From: a virus
Lineage: Duplodnaviria; Caudoviricetes
Length of the DNA: 27,319 nt
IMG/VR virus record: IMGVR_UViG_3300017909_004659
Span: 1 to 27,319 of that record
Reading direction: 5' to 3' (one strand)
Shown piece by piece: positions 20,151 to 27,319 of this stretch; positions within the stretch are counted from its first letter, which is position 1, and each line of letters opens with the position of its first letter. The notes beneath the pieces were generated by a model, which was given only the letters and a program-made list of their open reading frames with translations, was not told the origin of the DNA and did not search any database. The position numbers and the translations under genes are program-made.

Positions 20151-20176
20151 TATTTATATTTTAAATTATGTGCGTA
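20151..20176 (-). promoter_or_regulatory. Late promoter TATAAATA (20158-20151) with upstream TACGC element (20176-20172)
   Basis: Exact TATAAATA in the gp25-gp6 intergenic gap, 14 nt before the gp6 ATG; TACGC lies 13 nt upstream, as at 26114-26139. Confidence 0.75.
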
Positions 20177-20178
20177 CT

Positions 20179-20592
20179 TTAAGATAGGCGTAACAACGAG
20201 TTTTCATCGAAATTGAACTGCAATTTTTCTGTGATGTCTAATGGTACATATCTCACAGATGCCTGTATTGCAATTCCATGGTCCAATGCTGTGATATCAA
20301 TGGATTCTGTAGATATACGTGGGTCGGCGTTTAAGTTTTCAGTGATGTCTTCTGCAATTTCTTCTCGTAGTGCAGGAGTCAACGGTTCAAATATACAGTC
20401 GTATATGATTGTGCCAAACTCAGGATTCTCCACTCTTTCGCCCTTACGTACCGACAAACGATTTATGAGATCCTGTTTAGCACACTCAAAATCATAAATC
20501 TTATAGTTTTGCCTATCTGCTCTTGATGAAAATCCTTTAAAGGTAACGCCTTGTGCATTACTTGAATTATTTGTGTTGTCCCCGTACGCCAT
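20179..20592 (-). CDS. gp25: Baseplate wedge protein gp25 (GPW/gp25 family, sheath initiator)
   Basis: DLINRL..RKGER..NPEFGT.IYD.IFEPLT and DPRI motifs; 137 aa; between gp5 and gp6. Confidence 0.9.
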   Translation of the reverse strand: MAYGDNTNNSSNAQGVTFKGFSSRADRQNYKIYDFECAKQDLINRLSVRKGERVENPEFGTIIYDCIFEPLTPALREEIAEDITENLNADPRISTESIDITALDHGIAIQASVRYVPLDITEKLQFNFDENSLLRLS

Positions 20593-20598
20593 ATACTA

Positions 20599-20610
20599 TA
20601 TTTACTCCTT
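20599..20610 (-). promoter_or_regulatory. TAAATA late-promoter core plus upstream AAGGAG Shine-Dalgarno before gp25
   Basis: Minus strand reads TAAGGAG-TAAATA-TAGTAT-ATG: TAAATA (20604-20599) is 6 nt before the ATG and AAGGAG is at 20610-20605. Confidence 0.5.
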
Positions 20611-22651
20611 AAAAAAACCCTTTAAAGAACGAACCTATCGCTTTAGCGGCTCCGCCTATTCGTGATTTGAATGCTGATCCTATCTGTGTGAATCTGCCAC
20701 CTAATGTTCCTCGCAATGACGGTGGCAAGTTGTTGGCAGAAGTTCTGCCAAGGAGTGTGCCTGATATTTTAGAAGCAACACTTGTAATTCTACCTGCAAC
20801 AACTTTAGATGTCAAGATGTTGCTTAAATTTTTAGTGGATAGATTCTGGAACGAAGATTTAACGTTAAACAACTTGGAATATGTCTTTGAGAAATCATCA
20901 CTGAACTGTTTGGCTTTTCCAATATCTAATTTTTGTGTTACGCCATGCAAAGATTTTCCTATGTTTGTATTTTGTAAACTGCTTGTGACACTGCCTGCAA
21001 TATCGCCTATGTTTGGTCTAACGAATCCTGATTTGAATTCTATATATTTTTTACTGTCTTGTAAAAATTGTAATTCTCTGATATATTCCACATCAGACTC
21101 TCTGTTCTTCTGTGCCATGTATTCCAATGTACCCGGAGTTTCTGATAGTTGTTTCCATTTCACAGGATCTTCCCATTGCGACACATTTTCATTTACCGCC
21201 GACGGTGCTCTCTCAAACGGCTCGTGTGTAACAAGGTTAGGCACTGTGGTCAAAGTTTTTTTAGTATTTGCTATCAATCTCTGGCCAGGTCCTACCGCTA
21301 TATTAACATCATTCTGTGACTCATCGTAAACTATTCCTGCAGATTGTGGATTAAGCCAACCAGGTCCCCAATCGGGACTAGGGGCAATACTATTGAAATG
21401 TATCTGTCCGCCTGCAAGGTGAGTGCCTTTACCCCCATGCAGTTGCATTCCGCCAGTGAATGAACTGATTCCGGATTTACTGTAACTGCTTATTGTACCT
21501 TCTTGTGATGTGTTGAATATGCCGCCTTTACCCAAGTTCAATAAAATATTTGCATTGTTTACAATTTCTGACTCCGCTGTAAATTTAATACTATTTTTTG
21601 CATGGAAATTTATGTCACCTCCAGAGTGCAGATCAAAATTTCCATCCGATCTCAAATTAAATCCATCTTGTGCATAAATGTAAATTTTGCCATCAGGAGA
21701 CATCTCCAACCAACTTTTTCCTGATCCGTTGGCTAGATATACGATTCCGTCTGTGTCATGCATTAGTAATTGATGACCCGAAGACGTCCGTATTCTTGAC
21801 AGTTGATTCTGCCCGTTGACATCTCCGTCGTCCATAACAAATGTATGTCCTGCGTCACGCACCACGTTTTCATTTGATAACTCGTCAACAGGACCTACTT
21901 GTTTCTTCTGTGTCTGTGTATTAAGCCTACCGGGAGTGCTGATACCAAACACTTGGCTAGGTGTCTCTCTCCTCGCGGATGATGTAGTGGTACCTCTAAT
22001 TTCATCTTCTATCAATCCTTGTTCAAGTAAAGTGTTACTGAATGGATGAATAGGTAATGGAATGTTGTCGTAATTTTTGACCGGATCAATCGAAGCCTGG
22101 CTAGTCACTCTGTTTATTTCGCCTGCAACAACCTTTTTGGTTCCGTATACTTTCTCTTTATCGACATTCGATGAAGCCGCACCTGGTCTTCCACCTCCAC
22201 CCTTGTCCCATGTTTTATCACTTGCCGCCAAACCGGGAGTCATGTGATTTGTCAAAGGTTCCTGTATACAGCCTATCCAAAACGCCTGTGACATTTTTCC
22301 TTCTGCAAATATGACCAATACCCTTGTTCCTATGTCAGGTGGTACTCCCCAAAAACCAAACGAGTGTTGCGAAAATTCGTGTTTGGACGAACTAGAACTA
22401 TTGTGTGCAATATCTTTTGCTCCATAAAACGGTGAAAGATATTCACAAATTACAAGATTGTCTTTGAGAGCCTTGTCTGTTTTAGCCAATGCAGGAATGA
22501 ATACATTCAGACGTCCCATTCTTGCAGGATCTTTGTTTCCCTTGACCACTCCGATGTAAGGACCCGCTTTATCAACCGACCAAGATTCATCCTTGTCTGG
22601 TGGCGCCGACGTTGATACGTGTCCTTTTAAATTTGTTCTCAACTTAGACAT
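20609..22651 (-). CDS. gp5: Baseplate central spike, gp5/VgrG-like (OB fold plus beta-helix), no recognisable lysozyme domain
   Basis: YIGVV..NKDP.RMGRL.V.IP and PPDIGT.VLV.F.EG....FWIGC (Gp5 OB fold); GHTFVMDD and RIRTSSGHQLLMHD with beta-helix repeats; THEPF; basic amphipathic C-terminus. Confidence 0.85.
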   Translation of the reverse strand: MSKLRTNLKGHVSTSAPPDKDESWSVDKAGPYIGVVKGNKDPARMGRLNVFIPALAKTDKALKDNLVICEYLSPFYGAKDIAHNSSSSSKHEFSQHSFGFWGVPPDIGTRVLVIFAEGKMSQAFWIGCIQEPLTNHMTPGLAASDKTWDKGGGGRPGAASSNVDKEKVYGTKKVVAGEINRVTSQASIDPVKNYDNIPLPIHPFSNTLLEQGLIEDEIRGTTTSSARRETPSQVFGISTPGRLNTQTQKKQVGPVDELSNENVVRDAGHTFVMDDGDVNGQNQLSRIRTSSGHQLLMHDTDGIVYLANGSGKSWLEMSPDGKIYIYAQDGFNLRSDGNFDLHSGGDINFHAKNSIKFTAESEIVNNANILLNLGKGGIFNTSQEGTISSYSKSGISSFTGGMQLHGGKGTHLAGGQIHFNSIAPSPDWGPGWLNPQSAGIVYDESQNDVNIAVGPGQRLIANTKKTLTTVPNLVTHEPFERAPSAVNENVSQWEDPVKWKQLSETPGTLEYMAQKNRESDVEYIRELQFLQDSKKYIEFKSGFVRPNIGDIAGSVTSSLQNTNIGKSLHGVTQKLDIGKAKQFSDDFSKTYSKLFNVKSSFQNLSTKNLSNILTSKVVAGRITSVASKISGTLLGRTSANNLPPSLRGTLGGRFTQIGSAFKSRIGGAAKAIGSFFKGFF

Positions 22652-24906
22652 TAACTAAAAAAATTCCTAACTTTTGTTTTGATGTTCTCAAATCGTTTAG
22701 TAAATGATTTAATTTTACCAAAGATGTTTTCCACATTTTTTATTTCTACCGACGTGTTCCTAAATATATTTGCCATCCTCTCAGCAGATCCAACAGTGTC
22801 AGTTACATACGATTCACCAGATTTAAAACTATATGTTCTCATTTGTTCAATAGGTTTGCTTATTTTAATTCCTTGATTTTTGAACCTAACCATATTTAAG
22901 GTTTGCGTGAAAGAGCCGGAATCAAAGTTGTGTGTTACTCCAACCACTCTATAGAGTCCTGTAAAAGTTGTTGACTTGCCGTCGGCTATTTCATACACAC
23001 CTCTTTTGTCATCCAAGTCGTTAGGCATTCTAAAATTTAGGAGAATAACCGGATCTGCTACATCTGTGTTGTAGCATTTGAATTTGTCATTCCAAATTAA
23101 ATTTTTTCCACCTTGCCAATAGTCCATATTTTTAACTTCGGCTCTGCCCGAACGTCCCGGTTCGCTATTGAATAATTCTAATGGAATAAATTGCGACTGA
23201 GATATCCATGCAGGATCGCCTAAAATCTCCATTTGGACATTTACCATGTCTGCCAGAGGATTAGATAATTCGTCTTGCAATTGGTCTAACAGGAAAAAAG
23301 ATTCAGCAGTCTTGTCACCTGAACTTTTGACTGTGCCCACTTCGTGCTTGACTATATGACTTCCATCTTGCACAAAATCGTCACCGTATCTAGGACCCTC
23401 TTCTTTGGATTCCGGTGTGCTTCTATACTGTATTGCTCTGCTGTCCGCTTCCACGTCCTTGAGACGAGACTGAAAGTATGCCAACCTATAATTGATATCT
23501 AGGTTAAGCACATCTACATTATCTCCTGTGAAGATGTAATTATATTTTTTATGTACAAAATTTTTAAATTTTTGTCCAGTACTGACCCCTGGTATCGACA
23601 AACTGTAAGCGTGTATGTAATGAGGTGATATGTGTATTCCTATTTTTTTCTTGTGCGTTTGTCTCTTTTGATCCCAGTTTGCCCATCCTTTCAAAGGAGT
23701 GATCGTGGTTGATATTTTATAACTCATGAAATACATAGACTGGTCTTGACTAGCATCATACACTCCTTGATTGCCTGAATTTATCTGTGCCCTTGTAAGA
23801 TCGTACTTGACCTTTTTCTCCCACTTTTTAAATTCTTTGTTGCCGAACTGCGGAGATGCCCTGCATATCTCTTTTAACACCGTCAGTATGGAATTGTTTG
23901 TGTTGAATTTTACAATCTGTTGGGTGTTAGTGGTTTTGAAACCTTGCGATGGTGGGACATCTTGCGGTTGGAAACCTGTGGACCTAATACTAGAAAATTC
24001 AAACGGTGAATTCTTAAATGCACTATCCACTGTGACACTGTACTCGTCTGGTAGGTAAACTAAATTTTTTGCGGCTTCATCTAGGGTTTGATTATTCAAT
24101 ATTTGTGTGATAGACTGGCAGGCTTCTTCAATTGTTTCGCCAACCACACTACCACTGGTCCTAGGATAAAGGTATGTATTTGAAAATCCAAATTCATTGT
24201 AAGGAATTGCAACGCAATTATATATAGATCCACCTTGATTTACGTCAAGGTTCATGTCAACAAGTTTGATCGGTATCACTCTCTTTAAATTTTTTAATTC
24301 GTTGTTGTCCAATGGCATCTGTGTTTTTTCATCGAATCCAATAAATTCCACAGTCAAAAGATAGGGAGCGTCGAGATGATCAAAATATCCATTGTTCGCC
24401 GCACCTGCCCTAATCCTATCAAGCAAAGTTATACCTTGAGGTTCAACAATCTCCATATTGATGCTCGTGACAGTGGTAAAACTTCTTTCTTGGTTGTTAG
24501 GCGGAATGCTGTTCATTGTCACCGACTTGAAATAAATGTCTCTGGGTTTGTCAAATACACTCTTCACCCTTTCCGCTGTCCTGTACTTTCTTTCAGTTTC
24601 GTTAATACCTGATTTTATAATTTTATCGGCTGAAGGCATTAATCCTTCTCCAACAGTGCTGTTGGTGTCTCCACCTAACCCACTGCTTCTGATTATGATA
24701 TCATGAGGCGCAGACGTAAGTAATGATTTTGTGTTGGTTAGATCTTCCTGTCCTAAACAAGACAATGTAAAAAGATAATTCACAGAGGCAAATTTGAATA
24801 ATGGATTAGGTACCGCTAAATCACTCACATATGAGTTTTTAGCATTCTCTTTTAATATTTGATTTTCTTCGTTTGCTCTGTCTTGGTTAGGATTTGAAAA
24901 AACCAT
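22651..24906 (-). CDS. Baseplate hub protein, gp27/GpD-like (751 aa)
   Basis: Directly upstream of gp5 with TAATG overlap; C-terminal MEILGDP ... GLYRVVGVTHNF..GSFTQTL.MVR is typical of hub proteins; AGGAG SD upstream. Confidence 0.7.
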   Translation of the reverse strand: MVFSNPNQDRANEENQILKENAKNSYVSDLAVPNPLFKFASVNYLFTLSCLGQEDLTNTKSLLTSAPHDIIIRSSGLGGDTNSTVGEGLMPSADKIIKSGINETERKYRTAERVKSVFDKPRDIYFKSVTMNSIPPNNQERSFTTVTSINMEIVEPQGITLLDRIRAGAANNGYFDHLDAPYLLTVEFIGFDEKTQMPLDNNELKNLKRVIPIKLVDMNLDVNQGGSIYNCVAIPYNEFGFSNTYLYPRTSGSVVGETIEEACQSITQILNNQTLDEAAKNLVYLPDEYSVTVDSAFKNSPFEFSSIRSTGFQPQDVPPSQGFKTTNTQQIVKFNTNNSILTVLKEICRASPQFGNKEFKKWEKKVKYDLTRAQINSGNQGVYDASQDQSMYFMSYKISTTITPLKGWANWDQKRQTHKKKIGIHISPHYIHAYSLSIPGVSTGQKFKNFVHKKYNYIFTGDNVDVLNLDINYRLAYFQSRLKDVEADSRAIQYRSTPESKEEGPRYGDDFVQDGSHIVKHEVGTVKSSGDKTAESFFLLDQLQDELSNPLADMVNVQMEILGDPAWISQSQFIPLELFNSEPGRSGRAEVKNMDYWQGGKNLIWNDKFKCYNTDVADPVILLNFRMPNDLDDKRGVYEIADGKSTTFTGLYRVVGVTHNFDSGSFTQTLNMVRFKNQGIKISKPIEQMRTYSFKSGESYVTDTVGSAERMANIFRNTSVEIKNVENIFGKIKSFTKRFENIKTKVRNFFS

Positions 24907-24910
24907 TAGC

Positions 24911-25210
24911 CTAAACTCCTAAATCTTTAAGCAGGTTTTCCTTTTTTGGTAACTTTATTACTACGCCTGGTTTAAAATCATATATCGGGTCTTCCAACTT
25001 ATCTGGGTTTCTTTGGGCAAACACCCACCATAATCTTGGCGTGCCATAAAGGTCGTAACTTAAAAGATCTGGTCTGAAAGCGTATGTTCTCTCTACCGTG
25101 TAAACTTGGTCATCTGTTTCCGCTGTCAATGTTCTTGGATTGAGAATATCAAGATAATTTGCAAATTCTTCAGTTTCGAAATACGGTGATGTGTTGCTGT
25201 ATCGTGCCAT
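24911..25210 (-). CDS. gp53: Baseplate wedge protein, gp53-like / LysM-type (99 aa)
   Basis: Y.V.....RPDLLSYDLYG...LWWVFA.RN....DP..DFK.G..I.LP motif of gp53/LysM glue proteins. Confidence 0.8.
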   Translation of the reverse strand: MARYSNTSPYFETEEFANYLDILNPRTLTAETDDQVYTVERTYAFRPDLLSYDLYGTPRLWWVFAQRNPDKLEDPIYDFKPGVVIKLPKKENLLKDLGV

Positions 25211-26070
25211 TAAATGAATCCTATCGAATCTTTACCTTTGCCGTCTAATTGTCCAGTAACAAATTTTCTCATAGAAAAGTTTTGTACACTATCTCTAGAG
25301 TATATAGGAGTCACAAGCACTGATATGTTTGACAAAGTTGGTGCCCATGTCTGTTCAACATTTTTTGTGTAATCTGCAAGGTCACCTTTGACATCTTTCC
25401 ATATGCCATTGCTTAGAAAATTAAGCACCATGTCAGGTACACCACCTGCTATTGATCTTTCGTACTGACCCATTTCTCTTGTGGATATGTAATCTATACC
25501 GGATTTAAGTTCGCAGTTGAAAGTGTTTACAACAACGGGAACCTTATTGAACATCCTGTCACCATATCCAGACAAGTGTAATATAGGAGGTGGATTACCT
25601 TTTAAGCCATCTCCTTCGTCTTGTCCAAAAAACATTTTTGTGACTGCTCTTAAAAAATTAATTGTGGCAACCCAGTGTCTCGCATCTTCGGGATTCTGCA
25701 CAGGAAATTCGCCAATAATGTTCAACTGATCAACTTGTGAATTGTTGTATGCGTAATGCGGATAGTTGCTGTGTGTTTGTTCCAACGTATTGTAGTTGGC
25801 CGAATGCTGTATGATCATCGACGGTGTTAACGGCCAAAATATACCATTGTTGGGTTTCAAAGGTGCCATCTTAGGATTGTTGTTGAAAAACGTGTTTTGC
25901 AATGGTGAATTTGTGGGTATGGTCAAACGCACACGCCAGTCTTTCCTTGAGTCTCTGTCTGACCAGTTTGCTGACGCTTTTTGCAAACGTGAGTTATTAG
26001 AAATACCAGCACCCAACAGCCTACCTACTGTTTTGCTGACAAACCCTATACCTTTACCTAACAATGACAT
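25210..26070 (-). CDS. Tail tube initiator / baseplate-tube junction protein (gp48/gp54-like, 286 aa)
   Basis: First gene of the baseplate cluster; WPLTP.....SANY....THSNY..Y.Y.NS and GNPPPIL.L.GYG..MF..VPVVV motifs resemble tube-fold initiator proteins; AAAGGA SD upstream. Confidence 0.6.
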   Translation of the reverse strand: MSLLGKGIGFVSKTVGRLLGAGISNNSRLQKASANWSDRDSRKDWRVRLTIPTNSPLQNTFFNNNPKMAPLKPNNGIFWPLTPSMIIQHSANYNTLEQTHSNYPHYAYNNSQVDQLNIIGEFPVQNPEDARHWVATINFLRAVTKMFFGQDEGDGLKGNPPPILHLSGYGDRMFNKVPVVVNTFNCELKSGIDYISTREMGQYERSIAGGVPDMVLNFLSNGIWKDVKGDLADYTKNVEQTWAPTLSNISVLVTPIYSRDSVQNFSMRKFVTGQLDGKGKDSIGFI

Positions 26071-26077
26071 TTTATGG

Positions 26078-26106
26078 TTGCTTTCCTTTGTAAAATTTCG
26101 TATACT
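26078..26106 (+). promoter_or_regulatory. Host sigma70-type promoter for gp55-gp47
   Basis: TTGCTT (26078-26083), 17-nt spacer, TATACT (26101-26106); about 100 nt upstream of the gp55 ATG. Confidence 0.7.
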
Positions 26107-26113
26107 TTAACTA

Positions 26114-26139
26114 TATTTATAGGCATTATTTTAGGCGTA
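26114..26139 (-). promoter_or_regulatory. Late promoter TATAAATA (26121-26114) with upstream TACGC element (26139-26135), heading the baseplate operon
   Basis: Exact TATAAATA 43 nt before the ATG at 26070; TACGC lies 13 nt upstream. Confidence 0.8.
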
Positions 26140-26207
26140 TTTAATTCCCATACGGCACCATTCAACAGACCTGTTTGTGGTCACTTTAACTTAAATGAAA
26201 GATAATT

Positions 26208-27188
26208 ATGAAACGAGTGAAGTACCTAAACAATCGAGATCTATTGGCACAAATACATGCCAGCAAAAACACATATTGCTCTTACGTTACTCCGGAGGAC
26301 GCACAGTACGATTTGATCGTGCCAAATCTCAAAAAGATCAATGCCAACGCAGTAGCAATGGCAAGAAAAAATAAATCTAAAAGATTGACACAACAGGCCT
26401 GGGAAGAAGCAAAAGCGTCTGGATTGAAAAAAATAAAATTATCTGACTACACAGTTTCAACAAGAAAAATTGAAAAGACCGATCTTGTGTTTAGAGTCAT
26501 GATGTTTGATCATATACCAATGGATGCGGAAAGAAAGAAAAATCCAAAAAGTGTGGCGGACCATCACAGCAAGGTAAACTTCCCTCCTTTCCAACACTAC
26601 AAGATAGATAAAAAAGGTAAACTTATATGTGTTGGAAAATCGCACTGGGTTGGAGGAATGAGTAACGGATATTTCTCAGTTGATCACGGAAAAATTACTA
26701 ATAGTTTAGCATTGATGTTCATGAAGTTGTGTGAGCGTTATGGTACAAGAGCCAACTGGAGAGGATACACCTACAACGACGAGATGCAGTCGCAGGCACT
26801 GATGCAACTATCACAAATAGGATTGCAGTTCGACGAATCAAAATCCGAGAACCCTTTTGCATACTACACAGCGGCAATAACAAACAGTTTCACGAGAATT
26901 TTAAACTTAGAAAAGAAAAATCAATCTATCAGAGATGACCTGCTGGAAATGAACAACATGATGCCTAGTTTCACGAGGCAAGGAGAAAACGATCGAAACA
27001 CTGTGGCCTACAAAAAGAGAATGGAAAACATACACGGCGAGGTAAAAGTTGTTAACAAGACAGGTATAAAAGCGTTGAACAAAAAATATAAGAAAACAGG
27101 CACACTGACAAGTGAAGACTTCGAAGAAGTGAATTACAAAAAAGTCGACATGACTAATCATAAAGTGCCAGTGAAAAAGAAATGGTAA
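26208..27188 (+). CDS. gp55: Late transcription sigma factor, T4 gp55-like, enlarged (326 aa)
   Basis: N-terminal YLNNRDLL, then NWRGYTY.DEM...A......QFD..KS.NPFAYYT....NSF.RI...EKK (gp55 core); immediately followed by gp47 as in T4-like genomes; TATAAATA boxes present in the window. Confidence 0.88.
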   Translation: MKRVKYLNNRDLLAQIHASKNTYCSYVTPEDAQYDLIVPNLKKINANAVAMARKNKSKRLTQQAWEEAKASGLKKIKLSDYTVSTRKIEKTDLVFRVMMFDHIPMDAERKKNPKSVADHHSKVNFPPFQHYKIDKKGKLICVGKSHWVGGMSNGYFSVDHGKITNSLALMFMKLCERYGTRANWRGYTYNDEMQSQALMQLSQIGLQFDESKSENPFAYYTAAITNSFTRILNLEKKNQSIRDDLLEMNNMMPSFTRQGENDRNTVAYKKRMENIHGEVKVVNKTGIKALNKKYKKTGTLTSEDFEEVNYKKVDMTNHKVPVKKKW

Positions 27189-27191
27189 CCG

Positions 27192-27319
27192 ATGGCATTC
27201 TTTAAAAAGGTCGCTTGTTTCACGGACATACACTTTGGACTCAAGGGCAACAGTCGTGTACACAACGACGACTGTGAAGCATTCGTGTACTGGTTCATAG
27301 AACAGGCCAAGGCACACGG
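27192..27319 (+). CDS. gp47: Partial CDS: recombination endonuclease gp47 (Mre11/SbcD metallophosphoesterase), runs off the right edge
   Basis: Not in the ORF track. ATG at 27192, 3 nt after the gp55 stop; MAFFKKVACFTDIHFGLKGNSRVHNDDCEAFVYWFIEQAKAH contains phosphoesterase motif I (TD.HFG); gp55-gp47 synteny. Confidence 0.85.
   Translation, partial: MAFFKKVACFTDIHFGLKGNSRVHNDDCEAFVYWFIEQAKAH

Noticed and set aside
20144-20177. GTACG...CGTAC inverted repeat flanking the gp6 promoter
   Set aside because: Only 5 bp with a long AT-rich loop and no U-tract; insufficient evidence.
20667-21329. 220-aa + strand ORF opposite the gp5 C-terminus
   Set aside because: Longest shadow, but it has a TTG start, no SD or recognisable motif, and is in register with the gp5 codons; best explained as an antisense open frame.
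20179-26070. Bacterial eCIS/T6SS/tailocin locus rather than phage
   Set aside because: Adjacent gp55-gp47 and TATAAATA promoters indicate a T4-like phage.
218-26110. Many + strand ORFs (62-162 aa) opposite the structural genes
   Set aside because: Antisense shadows of Thr/Ser/Gly-rich genes (Val/Pro-rich translations), lying within or overlapping well-supported CDSs and showing no motifs.
26138-26144. Second TTAAATA late box on the minus strand
   Set aside because: It coincides with the TWAARTACGC upstream element; its counterpart at 20175-20181 is TAAAGTA, so it was treated as part of that element.
26158-26180. Possible hairpin (AACA-gacc-TGTT with outer CCA/TGG) in the gp55 leader
   Set aside because: Stem too short and imperfect to call a terminator or regulatory RNA without folding or covariation data.
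26907-27317. 136-aa minus-strand ORF
   Set aside because: Overlaps gp55 and the gp47 start on the opposite strand; its Phe/Val richness mirrors Lys/Asn codons.

Overview
AT-rich fragment of a T4-like (contractile-tailed, probably large) phage genome. Bases 1-26070 hold a tightly packed minus-strand late structural cluster. In transcription order it encodes a tail-tube-initiator-like protein, gp53-like LysM wedge protein, gp27-like hub, gp5-like spike, gp25, enlarged gp6, a 4284-aa multidomain wedge/adhesin protein, a 241-aa virion protein, two paralogous fibre proteins and the start of a Gly-rich protein. Divergently on the + strand lie an enlarged gp55-like late sigma factor and the start of gp47 (Mre11/SbcD-like nuclease). 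No rRNA, tRNA, CRISPR or mobile element was seen. Four observations stand out. (1) The two intergenic TATAAATA late promoters share an upstream TACGC exactly 13 nt away, next to a gp55 with a large insertion and no terminal T4-type clamp motif; this is a candidate bipartite late-promoter system. (2) One of these promoters overlaps a sigma70-type promoter for gp55 itself. (3) Three other late boxes sit 6-7 nt before ATG, suggesting leaderless mRNAs. (4) The virion proteins carry a recurrent DGST tetrapeptide, a type-1-copper-like site, cationic amphipathic termini and S/T/G tails ending in GY. All family calls come from motif recognition by eye, not database searches.
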